Positions 10,186 through 20,966 are shown, numbered from the stretch's first letter. The stretch is 61,519 bases of DNA from Actinomycetota bacterium (GCA_036556805.1 DATBIS010000132.1:1-61519), one strand, 5' to 3'. Program-made: numbers and translations. Notes: a model not told the origin generated them from the sequence alone.

Positions 10186-10464
10186 ATGGCGGACTACAAA
10201 GAAGTGCGGCACGAGCGTCTCTACGTCACCGTGCCCGGGTCGGAGCAGCTGCGAAAGACCGCTTCGGCGCGCCTCAAGCATCTGCTGGCGAACGGCTGGC
10301 GCGAGACCGACCGGCAGCGCCATCCCGACCACGTCATGGTGCGTTTCGAGCGAACCGGGCACGCGCCGCTGAAGGCTCGCCTGCCCAAGGCGACGCCCGA
10401 GGTCCGGATCGAGCGACGACCGCGCCGCGACGGCCCGGGCGGCCCGCCTCGCGGTCGCCGCTAG
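10186..10464 (+). CDS. Small basic hypothetical protein (92 aa)
   Basis: MADYKEVRHERLYVTVPGSEQLRKTASARLKHLLANGWRETDRQRH... High GC3, no obvious SD, no recognisable domain. Confidence 0.45.
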   Translation: MADYKEVRHERLYVTVPGSEQLRKTASARLKHLLANGWRETDRQRHPDHVMVRFERTGHAPLKARLPKATPEVRIERRPRRDGPGGPPRGRR

Positions 10465-10605
10465 TCCGCGTCCCCCGGATCCGCCGGATATCCTTCGGTC
10501 TGTCCGTCGTTTTGCCGGATCACGTCCGGGTATGATGGGGCTGGAGCACGGATCCGTTCAAGGCGGAGCCCCGGGCGCCGAAACCCATCAAGGAGGTGCG
10601 AGCGC

Positions 10606-12024
10606 GTGACGGTCGAGTTCCATCCCCAGCCATCCCAGGAGCGACCCGGGCATCGGGACCCCCACGCGCACGCGGCGCGGCAGCCGTTCGCGTACCCCCT
10701 CGAGCGCGCGTACGTCGAGCCGGACTGGACCCGCCTGCCCGGATACGCGGAGGTGACGACCGAGCAGTGGGAGTCGGCGCAGTGGCAGCGCGCCCACACC
10801 GTGAAGAACCTCGGAGAGCTCAGGGAGGCCCTCGGGCCGTCTCTCACCGACGATCTCCTGGAGGACATCCGCGCCGACCAGGAACGCCGGGCCACGATGT
10901 CCATGCTCCTGCCGCCGCAGATGATCAACACGATGGACGAGCGCGACCTGCGGAACGATCGCGTCCGCCGCTACATGGCGCCCGCGCTCTCGGATCGCGA
11001 GGCGGAGTGGCCGAGCCACCCGATGTCGTCACGAGACTCCCTGCACGAGGCAGACATGTGGGCCGTCGAGGGGCTCACCCACCGATATCCCACGAAGGTG
11101 CTCGCGGAGCTCATCCCCACCTGTCCGCAGTACTGCGGTCACTGCACGCGGATGGACCTCGTCGGCAACGACACGCTCCAGGTCCTCAAGTACAAGTTCG
11201 AGACGAGGCAGAACGAGCGCTGGGAGGCGATGCTCGACTACCTGCGTCGGACGCCTTCGATCCGCGATGTCGTCGTGTCGGGCGGCGACATGGCGAACGT
11301 GCCGATCAAGCGCCTCGAAGACTTCGTGATGCAGCTGCTCGACATCGAGCACATCCGCGACATCCGCCTCGCCACGAAGGGGCTGATGGGCATCCCGCAG
11401 CACTTCCTCCAGGACGACGTGCGCGCGGGGTTCGAGCGGATGGGCTCACGAGCGTTCGATCGCGGCGTGGACATCGCCGTGCACACGCACGTGAACTGCG
11501 CCCAGCAGGTCACGCCGCTCGTCGGCAAGGCCGCGCGGATGGTGCTCGAGGCCGGCTTCCGCGACGTCCGGAACCAGGGGGTCCTGCTGCACGGTGTGAA
11601 CACGTCGCCGGGCGATCTTCTGGAGCTCTGCTTCATGCTCCTTGACCACGCGAAGATCCTCCCCTACTACTTCTACATGTGCGACATGATCCCGAACGCC
11701 GAACACTGGCGGATCTCGGTCGCCGAGGCCCAGCACCTGCAGTACCAGCTGCTGGGCTACATGCCGGGGTTCGCGACGCCTCGCGTCGTGTGCGACGTGC
11801 CCTTCGTCGGCAAGCGATGGGTGCACATGGTCGCCGAGTACGACCACACCAAGGGCATCTCGTATTGGACGAAGAACTACCGGACCGGCATCGAGTACGA
11901 CGATCCCGAGGCGCTGGACCGTCGCTACCCCTACTACGACCCCATCCACACCCTGCCCGAAGAGGGCCAGGCATGGTGGCGCGAGCAGACGCGAAAGGGC
12001 GAGCTCGAGCTGCAGCCCGCGTGA
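10606..12024 (+). CDS. KamA-family radical SAM aminomutase (lysine 2,3-aminomutase-like)
   Basis: CPQYCGHCTRMD (CxxxCxxC) and VVVSGGD are present, and overall KamA-like sequence runs end to end. AGGAGG lies upstream of the GTG start. Confidence 0.85.
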   Translation: MTVEFHPQPSQERPGHRDPHAHAARQPFAYPLERAYVEPDWTRLPGYAEVTTEQWESAQWQRAHTVKNLGELREALGPSLTDDLLEDIRADQERRATMSMLLPPQMINTMDERDLRNDRVRRYMAPALSDREAEWPSHPMSSRDSLHEADMWAVEGLTHRYPTKVLAELIPTCPQYCGHCTRMDLVGNDTLQVLKYKFETRQNERWEAMLDYLRRTPSIRDVVVSGGDMANVPIKRLEDFVMQLLDIEHIRDIRLATKGLMGIPQHFLQDDVRAGFERMGSRAFDRGVDIAVHTHVNCAQQVTPLVGKAARMVLEAGFRDVRNQGVLLHGVNTSPGDLLELCFMLLDHAKILPYYFYMCDMIPNAEHWRISVAEAQHLQYQLLGYMPGFATPRVVCDVPFVGKRWVHMVAEYDHTKGISYWTKNYRTGIEYDDPEALDRRYPYYDPIHTLPEEGQAWWREQTRKGELELQPA

Positions 12025-12959
12025 TGCGGCGGATCATCATCCTTGCAGCCGTGGTCGTGCCGTCGATCGTGTCGCTCCCGCCCACGCTCGCGGGCGCCGC
12101 GTTTCCGGGGACGAACGGCAAGCTGGTGTATTGGGATTTCGTGGGGGACCCACCTCAGATCTTCACGATCGATCCGGACGGCACGAGCCGTACGCGCCTC
12201 ACGGACTCCGCGAAGGCGGTGATCGCCGACCCCGCCTGGTCGGCGGATGGGACGCGCATCGCATTCACCCGCTACGTGGTGAACACGGGCGCGAGCAGCC
12301 TCCGGGTGATGGACCAAGACGGATCGAACGTCAAGCTCGTGGTCAACCTCGACGACCTTCCGTCGGGCTTCGTGTTCATCTCGCAGCCTGCCTGGTCTCC
12401 CGACGGGACCACGCTTGCGTTCTGCGCGTTCAAGACGCCCGCGTTCGAGAACAGGATCTTCACGATCGGGACCGACGGATCGGGTCTCACGAAGCTCTCC
12501 GGCCCGGACGACGACGACTGCTTCCCGGCGTGGTCGCCCGACGGCATGACGATCGCGGTCGAGAGCCTCGACGACACGTTCAACGGGGACATCGTGCTGC
12601 TCTCGGTCGACGGCAGCACCCGGACGCCGATCGTGACCGCGGCAGACACGCACGCGCCCAACTGGGACCCGACGGGAGCCGCGCTCACGTTCACGCGGCG
12701 GACGAACAAGCGCTTCGACGTCTACACCGTCGACGCGGACGGTTCGAACCTCACGCAGGTCACCCACACCGTGAAGCGGTGGGAGTTCGCGCCGGTCTGG
12801 TCGCCCGACGGCACGAGGATCGCGTTCTCGCGAACGGTGGGGACGAGCTCGTTGACGCTCTCGGATCTGTGGACGATCGCGGTCGACGGCTCGGACGCGC
12901 AGCGCGTGAAGCACACGCCGGGCGTCGACGAGCGCGACGTCGACTGGCAGGCGGCGTGA
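12024..12959 (+). CDS. Secreted TolB-like beta-propeller protein (PD40/WD40-like repeats)
   Basis: Signal peptide MRRIIILAAVVVPSIVSLPPTLAGA. The motif (P)AWSPDG(T)xIAF repeats 5-6 times. The ATG overlaps the kamA-like TGA (gTGATG). Confidence 0.75.
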   Translation: MRRIIILAAVVVPSIVSLPPTLAGAAFPGTNGKLVYWDFVGDPPQIFTIDPDGTSRTRLTDSAKAVIADPAWSADGTRIAFTRYVVNTGASSLRVMDQDGSNVKLVVNLDDLPSGFVFISQPAWSPDGTTLAFCAFKTPAFENRIFTIGTDGSGLTKLSGPDDDDCFPAWSPDGMTIAVESLDDTFNGDIVLLSVDGSTRTPIVTAADTHAPNWDPTGAALTFTRRTNKRFDVYTVDADGSNLTQVTHTVKRWEFAPVWSPDGTRIAFSRTVGTSSLTLSDLWTIAVDGSDAQRVKHTPGVDERDVDWQAA

Positions 12960-12987
12960 GCGAACCGAAAGACGCACGGCCGGTCTC

Positions 12988-13839
12988 GTGAGCCGCCTAC
13001 TCACGGTCGTCGGCGCCCAGGTCCGTCCGGTGCCGTTCGATCCCGGCGCGACCCTCGAGAAGTTCGAGCGCGAGGTCCGCATGATCCGGGCGGCCTTTCC
13101 CGCCGCCGCGCTGTACGTGTTCCCCGAGCTGTATCTCACCGGCGAGCACCCGTTCTCGCCCGAAACGCCGCCTGGCTTCGAGTCGAGCGTGGCGCAACCG
13201 ATCCCCGGGCCGCTCACCCGCGCCGTGGGCACGATCGCGAAGCGCGTTGAGCGATGGATCGTTGCCGGCTCGATCGTCGAGCGGGAAGGCGACCGTCTGT
13301 ACAACACGCTCGTCGCGTTCTCGCCGGCCGGGCGGCTCGTGGCCCGTTACCGCAAGATGTTCACGTGGCGGCCGTTCGAGACCTTCGCGCACGGCACCGA
13401 GCCGCCTCCCGTGCTCCGCATTCCCGGCGTCGGCAAGGTTGGGCTGATGATCTGCTACGACGGCTGGTTCCCCGAGATGGCGCGCGGTCTCGCGCTTCGC
13501 GGCGCCGAGGTGATCGCGCATCCCACGCTCACCACCACCCCCGACAGGGAGGAGGAGGTGGTGCTTGCCCGCGCGAACGCGATCGCGAACCAGTGCTACG
13601 TCGTGAACGTGAACGCGTCGACGTCGATCGGGGGCGGGCGCAGCATCGCCATCGACCCGGAGGGGCGCGTGCTATTCGAGGGCGGCGTCGGCGAGGAGTT
13701 CCTCCCGGAGATGCTCGACCTCGACCGGGTGACCGCCGTGCGCGCCCACGGTACGCGGGGACTCAACCGGCTGCTGGAGCACGTGCGTGCGGCGCCGAAG
13801 GGCGCGTACGAGCACTACCGCACGCTCGGCGACGGCTGA
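12988..13839 (+). CDS. Carbon-nitrogen hydrolase (nitrilase-superfamily amidase)
   Basis: Glu-Lys-Cys triad context: VFPELYLTG, RYRKMF, GLMICYDGWFPE. Confidence 0.85.
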   Translation: MSRLLTVVGAQVRPVPFDPGATLEKFEREVRMIRAAFPAAALYVFPELYLTGEHPFSPETPPGFESSVAQPIPGPLTRAVGTIAKRVERWIVAGSIVEREGDRLYNTLVAFSPAGRLVARYRKMFTWRPFETFAHGTEPPPVLRIPGVGKVGLMICYDGWFPEMARGLALRGAEVIAHPTLTTTPDREEEVVLARANAIANQCYVVNVNASTSIGGGRSIAIDPEGRVLFEGGVGEEFLPEMLDLDRVTAVRAHGTRGLNRLLEHVRAAPKGAYEHYRTLGDG

Positions 13840-15338
13840 CCGGCTCGGCGTCGGCGAGCGGCCTCCGCCACGAGCACCAGGGCAACGCCCAGGACGGCCG
13901 ACCAGCCGATGCCGAGCCCCCCGCCGCCGTAGAGACCCGGCGGCGGGGGGACACAGAGCTCGGCGAGCCGTTTCCTCGCCGCCTCGAGCGCCGCCACGTC
14001 CGCTGGATCGCCTGCGAGGTTCGTGAGCTCGAACGGGTCGGCGGCGAGGTCGTAGAACTCCTCCTCGTCGGTCTGGTAGCGGACGTAGAGGCTCGTTTCG
14101 GATCGCACGGCACAGTACGTCGGCACCGGGTTCGCGCCGCGCACGTGCTCGACGAGGAAGTCGGTGCGCCAGGACGGGTGCTCGCCCTCGACGAGCGGAA
14201 GGAGACTCGACCCCTCGGCTCCGGGCGCCGGCACGCCGGCGGCGGCGGCGATCGTCGGCGCGATGTCGACGTTCAGCGCGAACCGATCGTCCTCGATCCC
14301 CTGCGGGCCGCCCGCGGCGTCGAACCGCACGACGAACGGGATCCGGATCGCCTCGTCGTACGGAACCTCCTTCTTCGTCCACCGGTGTTCGCCGAGCAAC
14401 AGGCCGTTGTCCGACACGAACACGATGAGCGTGTTGTGGAGGCGCCCGGTGTCGTCGAGCGCGCGAAGGATCTCCCCCACCGCGCGATCGACCGAGAGCA
14501 GCGTGCGTTCCTGTTCGTCGCGGAACGCGGCCGCGGCCGCCGTGCCGGCGGCCCCGAGGCGCGGCAGCGCCCGTACGTACGCCGGCTTGTCCGACACGTC
14601 CGCCTCGTCGAGGCTGGGAGGTGGCGCCGGCGGGGCGGGAACCGCCCCGCCGGCGAACTCGGGGGCCGGCGTCGCCGGCGCGTGCGGCGCCGGCGGCGCG
14701 AAGTACAGGAAGAGCGGGCCGTTCGCCGTCCGCACGAAGTCGACCGCATACCTCGCGAGCACGTCGGTCGCATATTCGTTCGGGCGTTCGATTCGCCCGT
14801 CGACGGTGAGCGCGTAGTCTCCGTAGCTCGAGTGCGCGAACGCCACCCAGCGATCCCATCCCGGCGGGACGTAGCCGGTGAGCGCCGCGTGCTGGTACCC
14901 GTCGATGTACTTCCCGACGAGCGCGGTGTCGTACCCGGCGGCGTCGAGCCACGTCGCGATCGTCGAGCCGTCCCGCAATGCCTCGAAGCGTCCGAACGGC
15001 GGCACCTGCCGGTAGACGCCGGTCGTGTGCGACCACTCCCCCGTGAGGATCGACGCGCGGCTGGGGCAGCAAAGCGGGTTCACGACGAACCCGTTCGTGA
15101 ACGTGATGCCCTTCGCCATGAGCTCGCCGCGCACGATCGGCATCCCGTCGAGCTCGTCCCATCGCTGGTCGTCGGTGACGATCACGACGACGTTCGGCCG
15201 GTCGTTCTGCGCCGTCGCGCCGAGCGCGGGCGCGGCGGACGCGTGCGGCGCCGGCCACGCGATCGCTGCGCCGACCGCGAGGGCGGTGAGGCCGGCCCTA
15301 CCCGTAGGGCCAGCCGACGCCGGGCGGCGCGATCCCAC
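13815..15338 (-). CDS. Cys-type sulfatase with a C-terminal transmembrane tail
   Basis: [11 protein letters not shown] and [16 protein letters not shown] (CxPxR formylglycine motif). The likely start is GTG 15338 ([10 protein letters not shown]...[19 protein letters not shown], a Tat-like signal). It overlaps the upstream gene by 41 nt and the convergent hydrolase gene by 25 nt. Confidence 0.8.
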   Translation of the reverse strand: MGSRRPASAGPTGRAGLTALAVGAAIAWPAPHASAAPALGATAQNDRPNVVVIVTDDQRWDELDGMPIVRGELMAKGITFTNGFVVNPLCCPSRASILTGEWSHTTGVYRQVPPFGRFEALRDGSTIATWLDAAGYDTALVGKYIDGYQHAALTGYVPPGWDRWVAFAHSSYGDYALTVDGRIERPNEYATDVLARYAVDFVRTANGPLFLYFAPPAPHAPATPAPEFAGGAVPAPPAPPPSLDEADVSDKPAYVRALPRLGAAGTAAAAAFRDEQERTLLSVDRAVGEILRALDDTGRLHNTLIVFVSDNGLLLGEHRWTKKEVPYDEAIRIPFVVRFDAAGGPQGIEDDRFALNVDIAPTIAAAAGVPAPGAEGSSLLPLVEGEHPSWRTDFLVEHVRGANPVPTYCAVRSETSLYVRYQTDEEEFYDLAADPFELTNLAGDPADVAALEAARKRLAELCVPPPPGLYGGGGLGIGWSAVLGVALVLVAEAARRRRAGQPSPSVR

Positions 15339-16890
15339 CGAACAAGGCGCTCTCGGAGGTCCCGTACGGGCAGTCGGTGCGCAGCGGGAGCACGAACCTC
15401 TTGTCCTTCGGTTCCTGCGTGAAGTCGAACGCCCCGGAGAGCGGGTCCGCCTGCTCGTCACGCTGTGTGAGCGAGTCGAGTCCATGCAGGTCCTCGATGA
15501 ACTTCAGCACCGACGAGAACTCGTACACGGTGTGGTCGACCGATCCCCCGTCCGGGTTGTCGCCCTGCACCGTCCACGGCGAGATGATGAGCGCCGGCGT
15601 CCGCGGCCCGAGGCCCATGATGTCGTAGTGCGGCGGTGCGACCGGGTCGTAGAAGCCGCCGAAGTCGTCCCACACGACGATGATCGCGGTGCTCGGCCAG
15701 TACTCGCTCTTCATGATCGCGTTGATCTGCGCGACGGTCCAGTTCTCGCCCGCGCACACGCTGATCGGCGAGTACGTGGGGCTGTTCGGGTCGGAGTCGC
15801 CCGGATGCTCGTTGTACGGCTCGGGCGGAACCAGCCACGAGACCTCCGGCAGCTCCCCATGCCGGATGTCCTTCGGGAACTGTGAGGGCGACACGACCTT
15901 GGGTCCCCAGATGCTCGGGTCGTAGCGGATGTGCCGGATCGACTGCATGCCGTTCATCCACACGTTGTCGTTCGCGTAGTACTTCCAACTCACCCCGGCC
16001 TCCTCGAGCAGGTCCGGGAGCACCGGGATGTTGAAGCAGGTGCGGATCGACTTCCAGTAGGCGCCGATCTGGTAGATGCGGTTGGGCCAATTGCTCGTGT
16101 ACGTGTCCTCGTAGTGCATGATCTTGCGGAGGTCCGCCTTGCTCAGCTCGTCGAGCGGGAAGTGCTTCGTGTACTCCTGCGGGTCGTCGCAGTAGTTCCC
16201 CTCGGTGTCGGCGTTCGTCTTGTTGTCGACGATGCCGTACGACTGCGCCGCCACGGTGTACAGGTGCTCGGGAAACGTCGGCCCGTACATCGACGTGAAG
16301 AAGTGGTCGGCGAGGACGAACCGGTCGGCGTACGCCCAGTAATGCGGGATGAGACTTCGGTCGAGGTAGACGTAGCCGCTCATGTCCTCGCCGAGGCCGA
16401 TCTTGTTGTACCCGTTCATCGCGCCGCCGTTGATCGAGAGCAGCCCGCTCGAGAACCCGTGCGTGATGTCGTGCGGCTGGATGTCGACGCCCTTCTTGAG
16501 GGGATAGTCGGGACCGGGCTTGCAGCCGAAGTCGGTGCAGCGGATCGTCTTGCCGACGGTCGCGCCGACCGCTCCGTGACCGTAGGTCGCGAAATAGTTA
16601 TTGAAGGTGCGGTTCTCCTTGATGATGAACACCACGTGCTTGATCGGACTGTCCGGCCCGATCTCGCCCGGCTGGCTGTGGCTGCCGCCCGGGCCGGAGG
16701 CGCCCCCGGTCGGCGATGGCGGCGGGGCGCCGTGCTCGGAGCCGCCGACGGGCAGGAAGCGCCACGCGGCCAGGACCACGCCCAGCAGGAGCGCCGTGGC
16801 AACGGCGCGACGGCGCGCGATCTGGCGGCGTGTGGGTCGACGTCGCCGGACGGAAGCGGGACGGATGATCGGGCCCGTGCCTCGCTGCAT
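15298..16890 (-). CDS. Phosphoesterase-family protein (non-haemolytic phospholipase C / AcpA acid phosphatase family)
   Basis: [24 protein letters not shown], and [12 protein letters not shown] plus the C-terminal [15 protein letters not shown] are typical of this family. An N-terminal Arg-rich segment is followed by a TM anchor. Confidence 0.85.
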   Translation of the reverse strand: MQRGTGPIIRPASVRRRRPTRRQIARRRAVATALLLGVVLAAWRFLPVGGSEHGAPPPSPTGGASGPGGSHSQPGEIGPDSPIKHVVFIIKENRTFNNYFATYGHGAVGATVGKTIRCTDFGCKPGPDYPLKKGVDIQPHDITHGFSSGLLSINGGAMNGYNKIGLGEDMSGYVYLDRSLIPHYWAYADRFVLADHFFTSMYGPTFPEHLYTVAAQSYGIVDNKTNADTEGNYCDDPQEYTKHFPLDELSKADLRKIMHYEDTYTSNWPNRIYQIGAYWKSIRTCFNIPVLPDLLEEAGVSWKYYANDNVWMNGMQSIRHIRYDPSIWGPKVVSPSQFPKDIRHGELPEVSWLVPPEPYNEHPGDSDPNSPTYSPISVCAGENWTVAQINAIMKSEYWPSTAIIVVWDDFGGFYDPVAPPHYDIMGLGPRTPALIISPWTVQGDNPDGGSVDHTVYEFSSVLKFIEDLHGLDSLTQRDEQADPLSGAFDFTQEPKDKRFVLPLRTDCPYGTSESALFGGIAPPGVGWPYG

Positions 16891-16902
16891 GGAGCGCTGA
16901 GT

Positions 16903-18327
16903 CTACTCCGCGCGAAACGCGTGCAAGAGAGCGGCGAGCGATCTTCGTTGCGCCGCGTACGCGGGATCGGTCACCCGGTTCTCCAGCTCGTCGGGATCGG
17001 CCGGCCCGAGCTCGCCGGCGCGATCGTAGAGCTCGGCCTCACCGTCGGTGTACTCGACGTACGTGAAGGCCGCCGTGCGCACGCCGCGCCAGGGTGGTAC
17101 CTCGCCTCCCCCGAGGTACTCGATGAAGGCCCCCTCGCGCGGGGGCGGCGGACCGAAGCGTGGGTCGAAGACGCGTCGGAGGTCGAGCCCGTCGGTCGGC
17201 CTCGGCGGCAGGCCGGCGAGACCCGCGATCGTCGGCGCGAGGTCGACGTTCGACGCGAGGAACGGGATCCTCGCCGAGGGCAGCCACGGCACGCGGATCG
17301 CGAGGGGGGTGCGCACGCACTCTTCGTAGGGGCAGGTCTTGCCGAGATGCCGGTGCTCGCCGAACGAGAACCCGTTATCGGTGAGGAAGACGAAGACGGT
17401 GCGATCGAGGTCGCCGCGAGCGGTGACCTCCTGGACGATCCGCTCCACCGCGTCGTCCACCGCGAGGAGCGCCTCGCTCTCCTTTCGCCGGGCGACCGCG
17501 ATCTGCTCGGCGTCGGGCGGCTTGATCTGGTGGAGCGCGCGGACCCAGGCCGGCTTGTCCGAAACGTCCTGTTCGGCGAACGCCGGCGCACGCGGGAAGT
17601 CCACGCCCGCGAACGCGCCGACGTAGCGCGGCGGCGGCTGGATCGGCCCATGCGGCGCGCTCGGGGTGAACTCCAGGAAGAACGGGCGGTTCTCGGGCGC
17701 CGCGCGAACGAACTCGACGGCCTGCTCGGCGAGCACGTCGGTCGAGTAGTCCGCCGGGGCATCGGAATAGTCGACCCGCTCGCCCTGGTCGATGATCGGG
17801 TAGCGATAGTACGTGGCCGCGCCGGAAGGGTTGAGCTTCGCGAACCAGCGATCCCACCCCGGCGGCACGTACGGCGGCCTCCCGAACGGGTACTCGTTGA
17901 GGTACTTGCCCACCAGGCCGGTGTGGTAGCCGGCCTGCTGCAACCAGACCGGCAGCGCGTTCGACTCGTCGAACTTGTCCCCGAGCGTATTGTCGAGGAC
18001 CCCCGTGTGGTGCGAGTACTCGCCCGAAAGGATCGTCGCGCGACTGGGACAGCACAGGGGGGTCGAGATCACCGCGTTCGGGAACCAGAGCCAGTGGTCC
18101 GAGCGATCGAAGACGTGCTCTTGCAGCCACGGCATCGCCGGCGGGTTCGAGGGAAACGAGTCGAGCGACTGGTCGTCCGTGAGGATCAGGACCACGTTGG
18201 GCCGGGCGTCCCGGGGGACGCCCGGAGCGGTCCCAGGGAAGGCGATAGCGGCGCAGAGCGCCGCGATCGCCGCCGCCAGCGCGGCCCGACGCCGTGACGC
18301 GAGCTCCGTGAACGGATTCCGAGACAA
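16903..18327 (-). CDS. Cys-type sulfatase, secreted
   Basis: PNVVLILTDDQSLD and [21 protein letters not shown]. Signal peptide with RRR (MSRNPFTELASRRRAALAAAIAALCAAIA). Confidence 0.9.
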   Translation of the reverse strand: MSRNPFTELASRRRAALAAAIAALCAAIAFPGTAPGVPRDARPNVVLILTDDQSLDSFPSNPPAMPWLQEHVFDRSDHWLWFPNAVISTPLCCPSRATILSGEYSHHTGVLDNTLGDKFDESNALPVWLQQAGYHTGLVGKYLNEYPFGRPPYVPPGWDRWFAKLNPSGAATYYRYPIIDQGERVDYSDAPADYSTDVLAEQAVEFVRAAPENRPFFLEFTPSAPHGPIQPPPRYVGAFAGVDFPRAPAFAEQDVSDKPAWVRALHQIKPPDAEQIAVARRKESEALLAVDDAVERIVQEVTARGDLDRTVFVFLTDNGFSFGEHRHLGKTCPYEECVRTPLAIRVPWLPSARIPFLASNVDLAPTIAGLAGLPPRPTDGLDLRRVFDPRFGPPPPREGAFIEYLGGGEVPPWRGVRTAAFTYVEYTDGEAELYDRAGELGPADPDELENRVTDPAYAAQRRSLAALLHAFRAE

Positions 18328-18329
18328 GA

Positions 18330-19559
18330 TCAGCGATCCAGCCAGCCGCCGTCGCGGCCCGACCGTGACGCGACCAGACCGGCGGCGATCGAGAGCGCGA
18401 TCTCCTGCGGCGTCTTCGCCCCAAGGTCGATGCCGACGGGGGATCGCACGCGAGCGACGTCGTCGTCGTCGAACCCGCGCTCCTTGAGCTCGGCCACGTG
18501 CGGCGCGATGTGGCGACGGCTCCCCATGACCCCGACGAACCGCGCCGGCGACCGCAGGAGCTCCCCGACCGAGTCGGCCACGCCGGGGGCGTCGTGATCC
18601 GTGTGCACGGCGTCGGTCCGATCGTCGAGCGCGAGCCCGTCGAGCGACGTCCGGACCTCGTCGGCGACCGCACGGTGCTCGGCCGTCACGCGTTCTTCGC
18701 GCGATTCCACGAGCGTCGTGCGATAGCCCAGCGACCGTCCGAGCCGAAGCAGCTCGAGGCCCACCGGCGTCGCGGAGAACACCACGAGACGCAGGCTTGC
18801 GAGGTGCGGTTCGACGAACACCTCGATGTCGCCGACCTCGTGCGAGAACACGCGCGTGCCGGGCTCACCCGTCGCGAGGGCCTCCCGGGCCGCCTCCAGA
18901 GCCGCCGTGTCGAACTCCGCGCACCCGAGCGTGCCCTCGAGCGGCCCGCCGGGACCGATCACGATCCGCGCGCCCACCGGGCAGGGCGGCGCGCCCATCT
19001 GCTTGACGGCCGTCACCGTCACCGTCGCGTCGGCCGACGCGGTGCGGTGAGACTCGGCCTCGTGTAGATGCCCCGTGGGATGCGGCCCCGTCGCGCCCGC
19101 GAGCAGCTCGACCGCGTGGGGGAGCACCGGCATGATCGCGTCCAGCGACTCGCGCACGCCCGCCGGGCTGCCGGGCAGGTTCACGATCAACGTGCCCCCG
19201 ATGCTCCCGACGACCGCGCGCGACAGCGCCGCCATCGGGGTCTTCGCGACCCCCGCGAGCCTCATCGCTTCCGCGAGGCCGGGAGCCTCGCGATCGATCA
19301 CGGCGCGCGTCGCCTCGGGCGTCACATCGCGTGGCCCGAAGCCGGTGCCTCCGGTCGTGACCACCAGACGGTGCTCCGACGCGAGCGATCGAAGCGTCTC
19401 CTCGATCCGCGGACGGTCGTCCGCGACCACGGTTCTCGTGGCCACCTCGAACCCCCCGTCGGCGAGCGCTGCCGCCGCGACGTCGCCCGACTCGTCGGCC
19501 CGCGTGCCTCCCGATACGCCGTCCGAGACCGTGAGCACGGCCGCGCGTTCCTCACCCAT
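18330..19559 (-). CDS. Fusion protein: MogA/MoaB-type molybdopterin adenylyltransferase domain plus XdhC/CoxI-type cofactor-insertion domain
   Basis: The N-terminal 160 aa (VLTVSDGVSGG...VVTTGGTGFGPRDVTPEAT...NLPGSPAG) are MogA/MoaB-like. The C-terminal 240 aa (GARIVIGPGGPLEGTLGC...LRLVVFSATPVGLELLRLGRSLGYRTTLVESRE...FVGVMGSRRH...VRSPVGIDLGAKTPQEIALSIAAGLV) are XdhC-like. Confidence 0.8.
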   Translation of the reverse strand: MGEERAAVLTVSDGVSGGTRADESGDVAAAALADGGFEVATRTVVADDRPRIEETLRSLASEHRLVVTTGGTGFGPRDVTPEATRAVIDREAPGLAEAMRLAGVAKTPMAALSRAVVGSIGGTLIVNLPGSPAGVRESLDAIMPVLPHAVELLAGATGPHPTGHLHEAESHRTASADATVTVTAVKQMGAPPCPVGARIVIGPGGPLEGTLGCAEFDTAALEAAREALATGEPGTRVFSHEVGDIEVFVEPHLASLRLVVFSATPVGLELLRLGRSLGYRTTLVESREERVTAEHRAVADEVRTSLDGLALDDRTDAVHTDHDAPGVADSVGELLRSPARFVGVMGSRRHIAPHVAELKERGFDDDDVARVRSPVGIDLGAKTPQEIALSIAAGLVASRSGRDGGWLDR

Positions 19560-19586
19560 GCGCCTATCCTGCCAGACACGCGACGG

Positions 19587-19862
19587 ATGGAGGGCTCGGC
19601 GATGGAGTGGATCGATCGGCTGGCGGAGGCTCTGGGCGAGGAGGCGCCCGACGGCGCGCAGACGGCCGCGCTGCTATCCGCGTCGCGGGACGTCGCCCAC
19701 CGCGTCGAGCGCAAGGCGACGCCGCTCGCCGCCTACCTCCTCGGAGCGGCGGCCGGCCGGCGGATCGCAGGGGGATCGTCGAGCGCCGCCGCGCTCGACG
19801 ACGTGCTGGCCGCGCTCGCCGGCGTCCTGCCGCCGGAGGCCGACGACGGTCCCGAGCCATGA
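19587..19862 (+). CDS. Small conserved actinobacterial protein of the kind found beside Moco genes (DUF6457-like, from memory)
   Basis: MEGSAMEWIDRLAEALGEEAPDGAQTAALLSASRDVAHRVERKATPLAAYLLGAAAG... It sits divergent from mogA::xdhC and upstream of moaA. An alternative ATG is at 19602. Confidence 0.5.
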   Translation: MEGSAMEWIDRLAEALGEEAPDGAQTAALLSASRDVAHRVERKATPLAAYLLGAAAGRRIAGGSSSAAALDDVLAALAGVLPPEADDGPEP

Positions 19863-19937
19863 GGGTGCGATCTTGCCCTCGCTCCGTACGGAGTCCTGGC
19901 TGCTGACGCGAGTTCGGCGGTACGCTGGAGGTTCGCC

Positions 19938-20966
<1,029 letters not shown>

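Noticed and set aside
10465-10605. A possible lysine (L-box) or other riboswitch in the 141-nt leader of the KamA-like gene.
   Set aside because: The leader is too short for an L-box and I could not find its conserved core. Only a generic GC hairpin and a -10-like TATGAT are visible. A covariance-model scan would be needed to say more.
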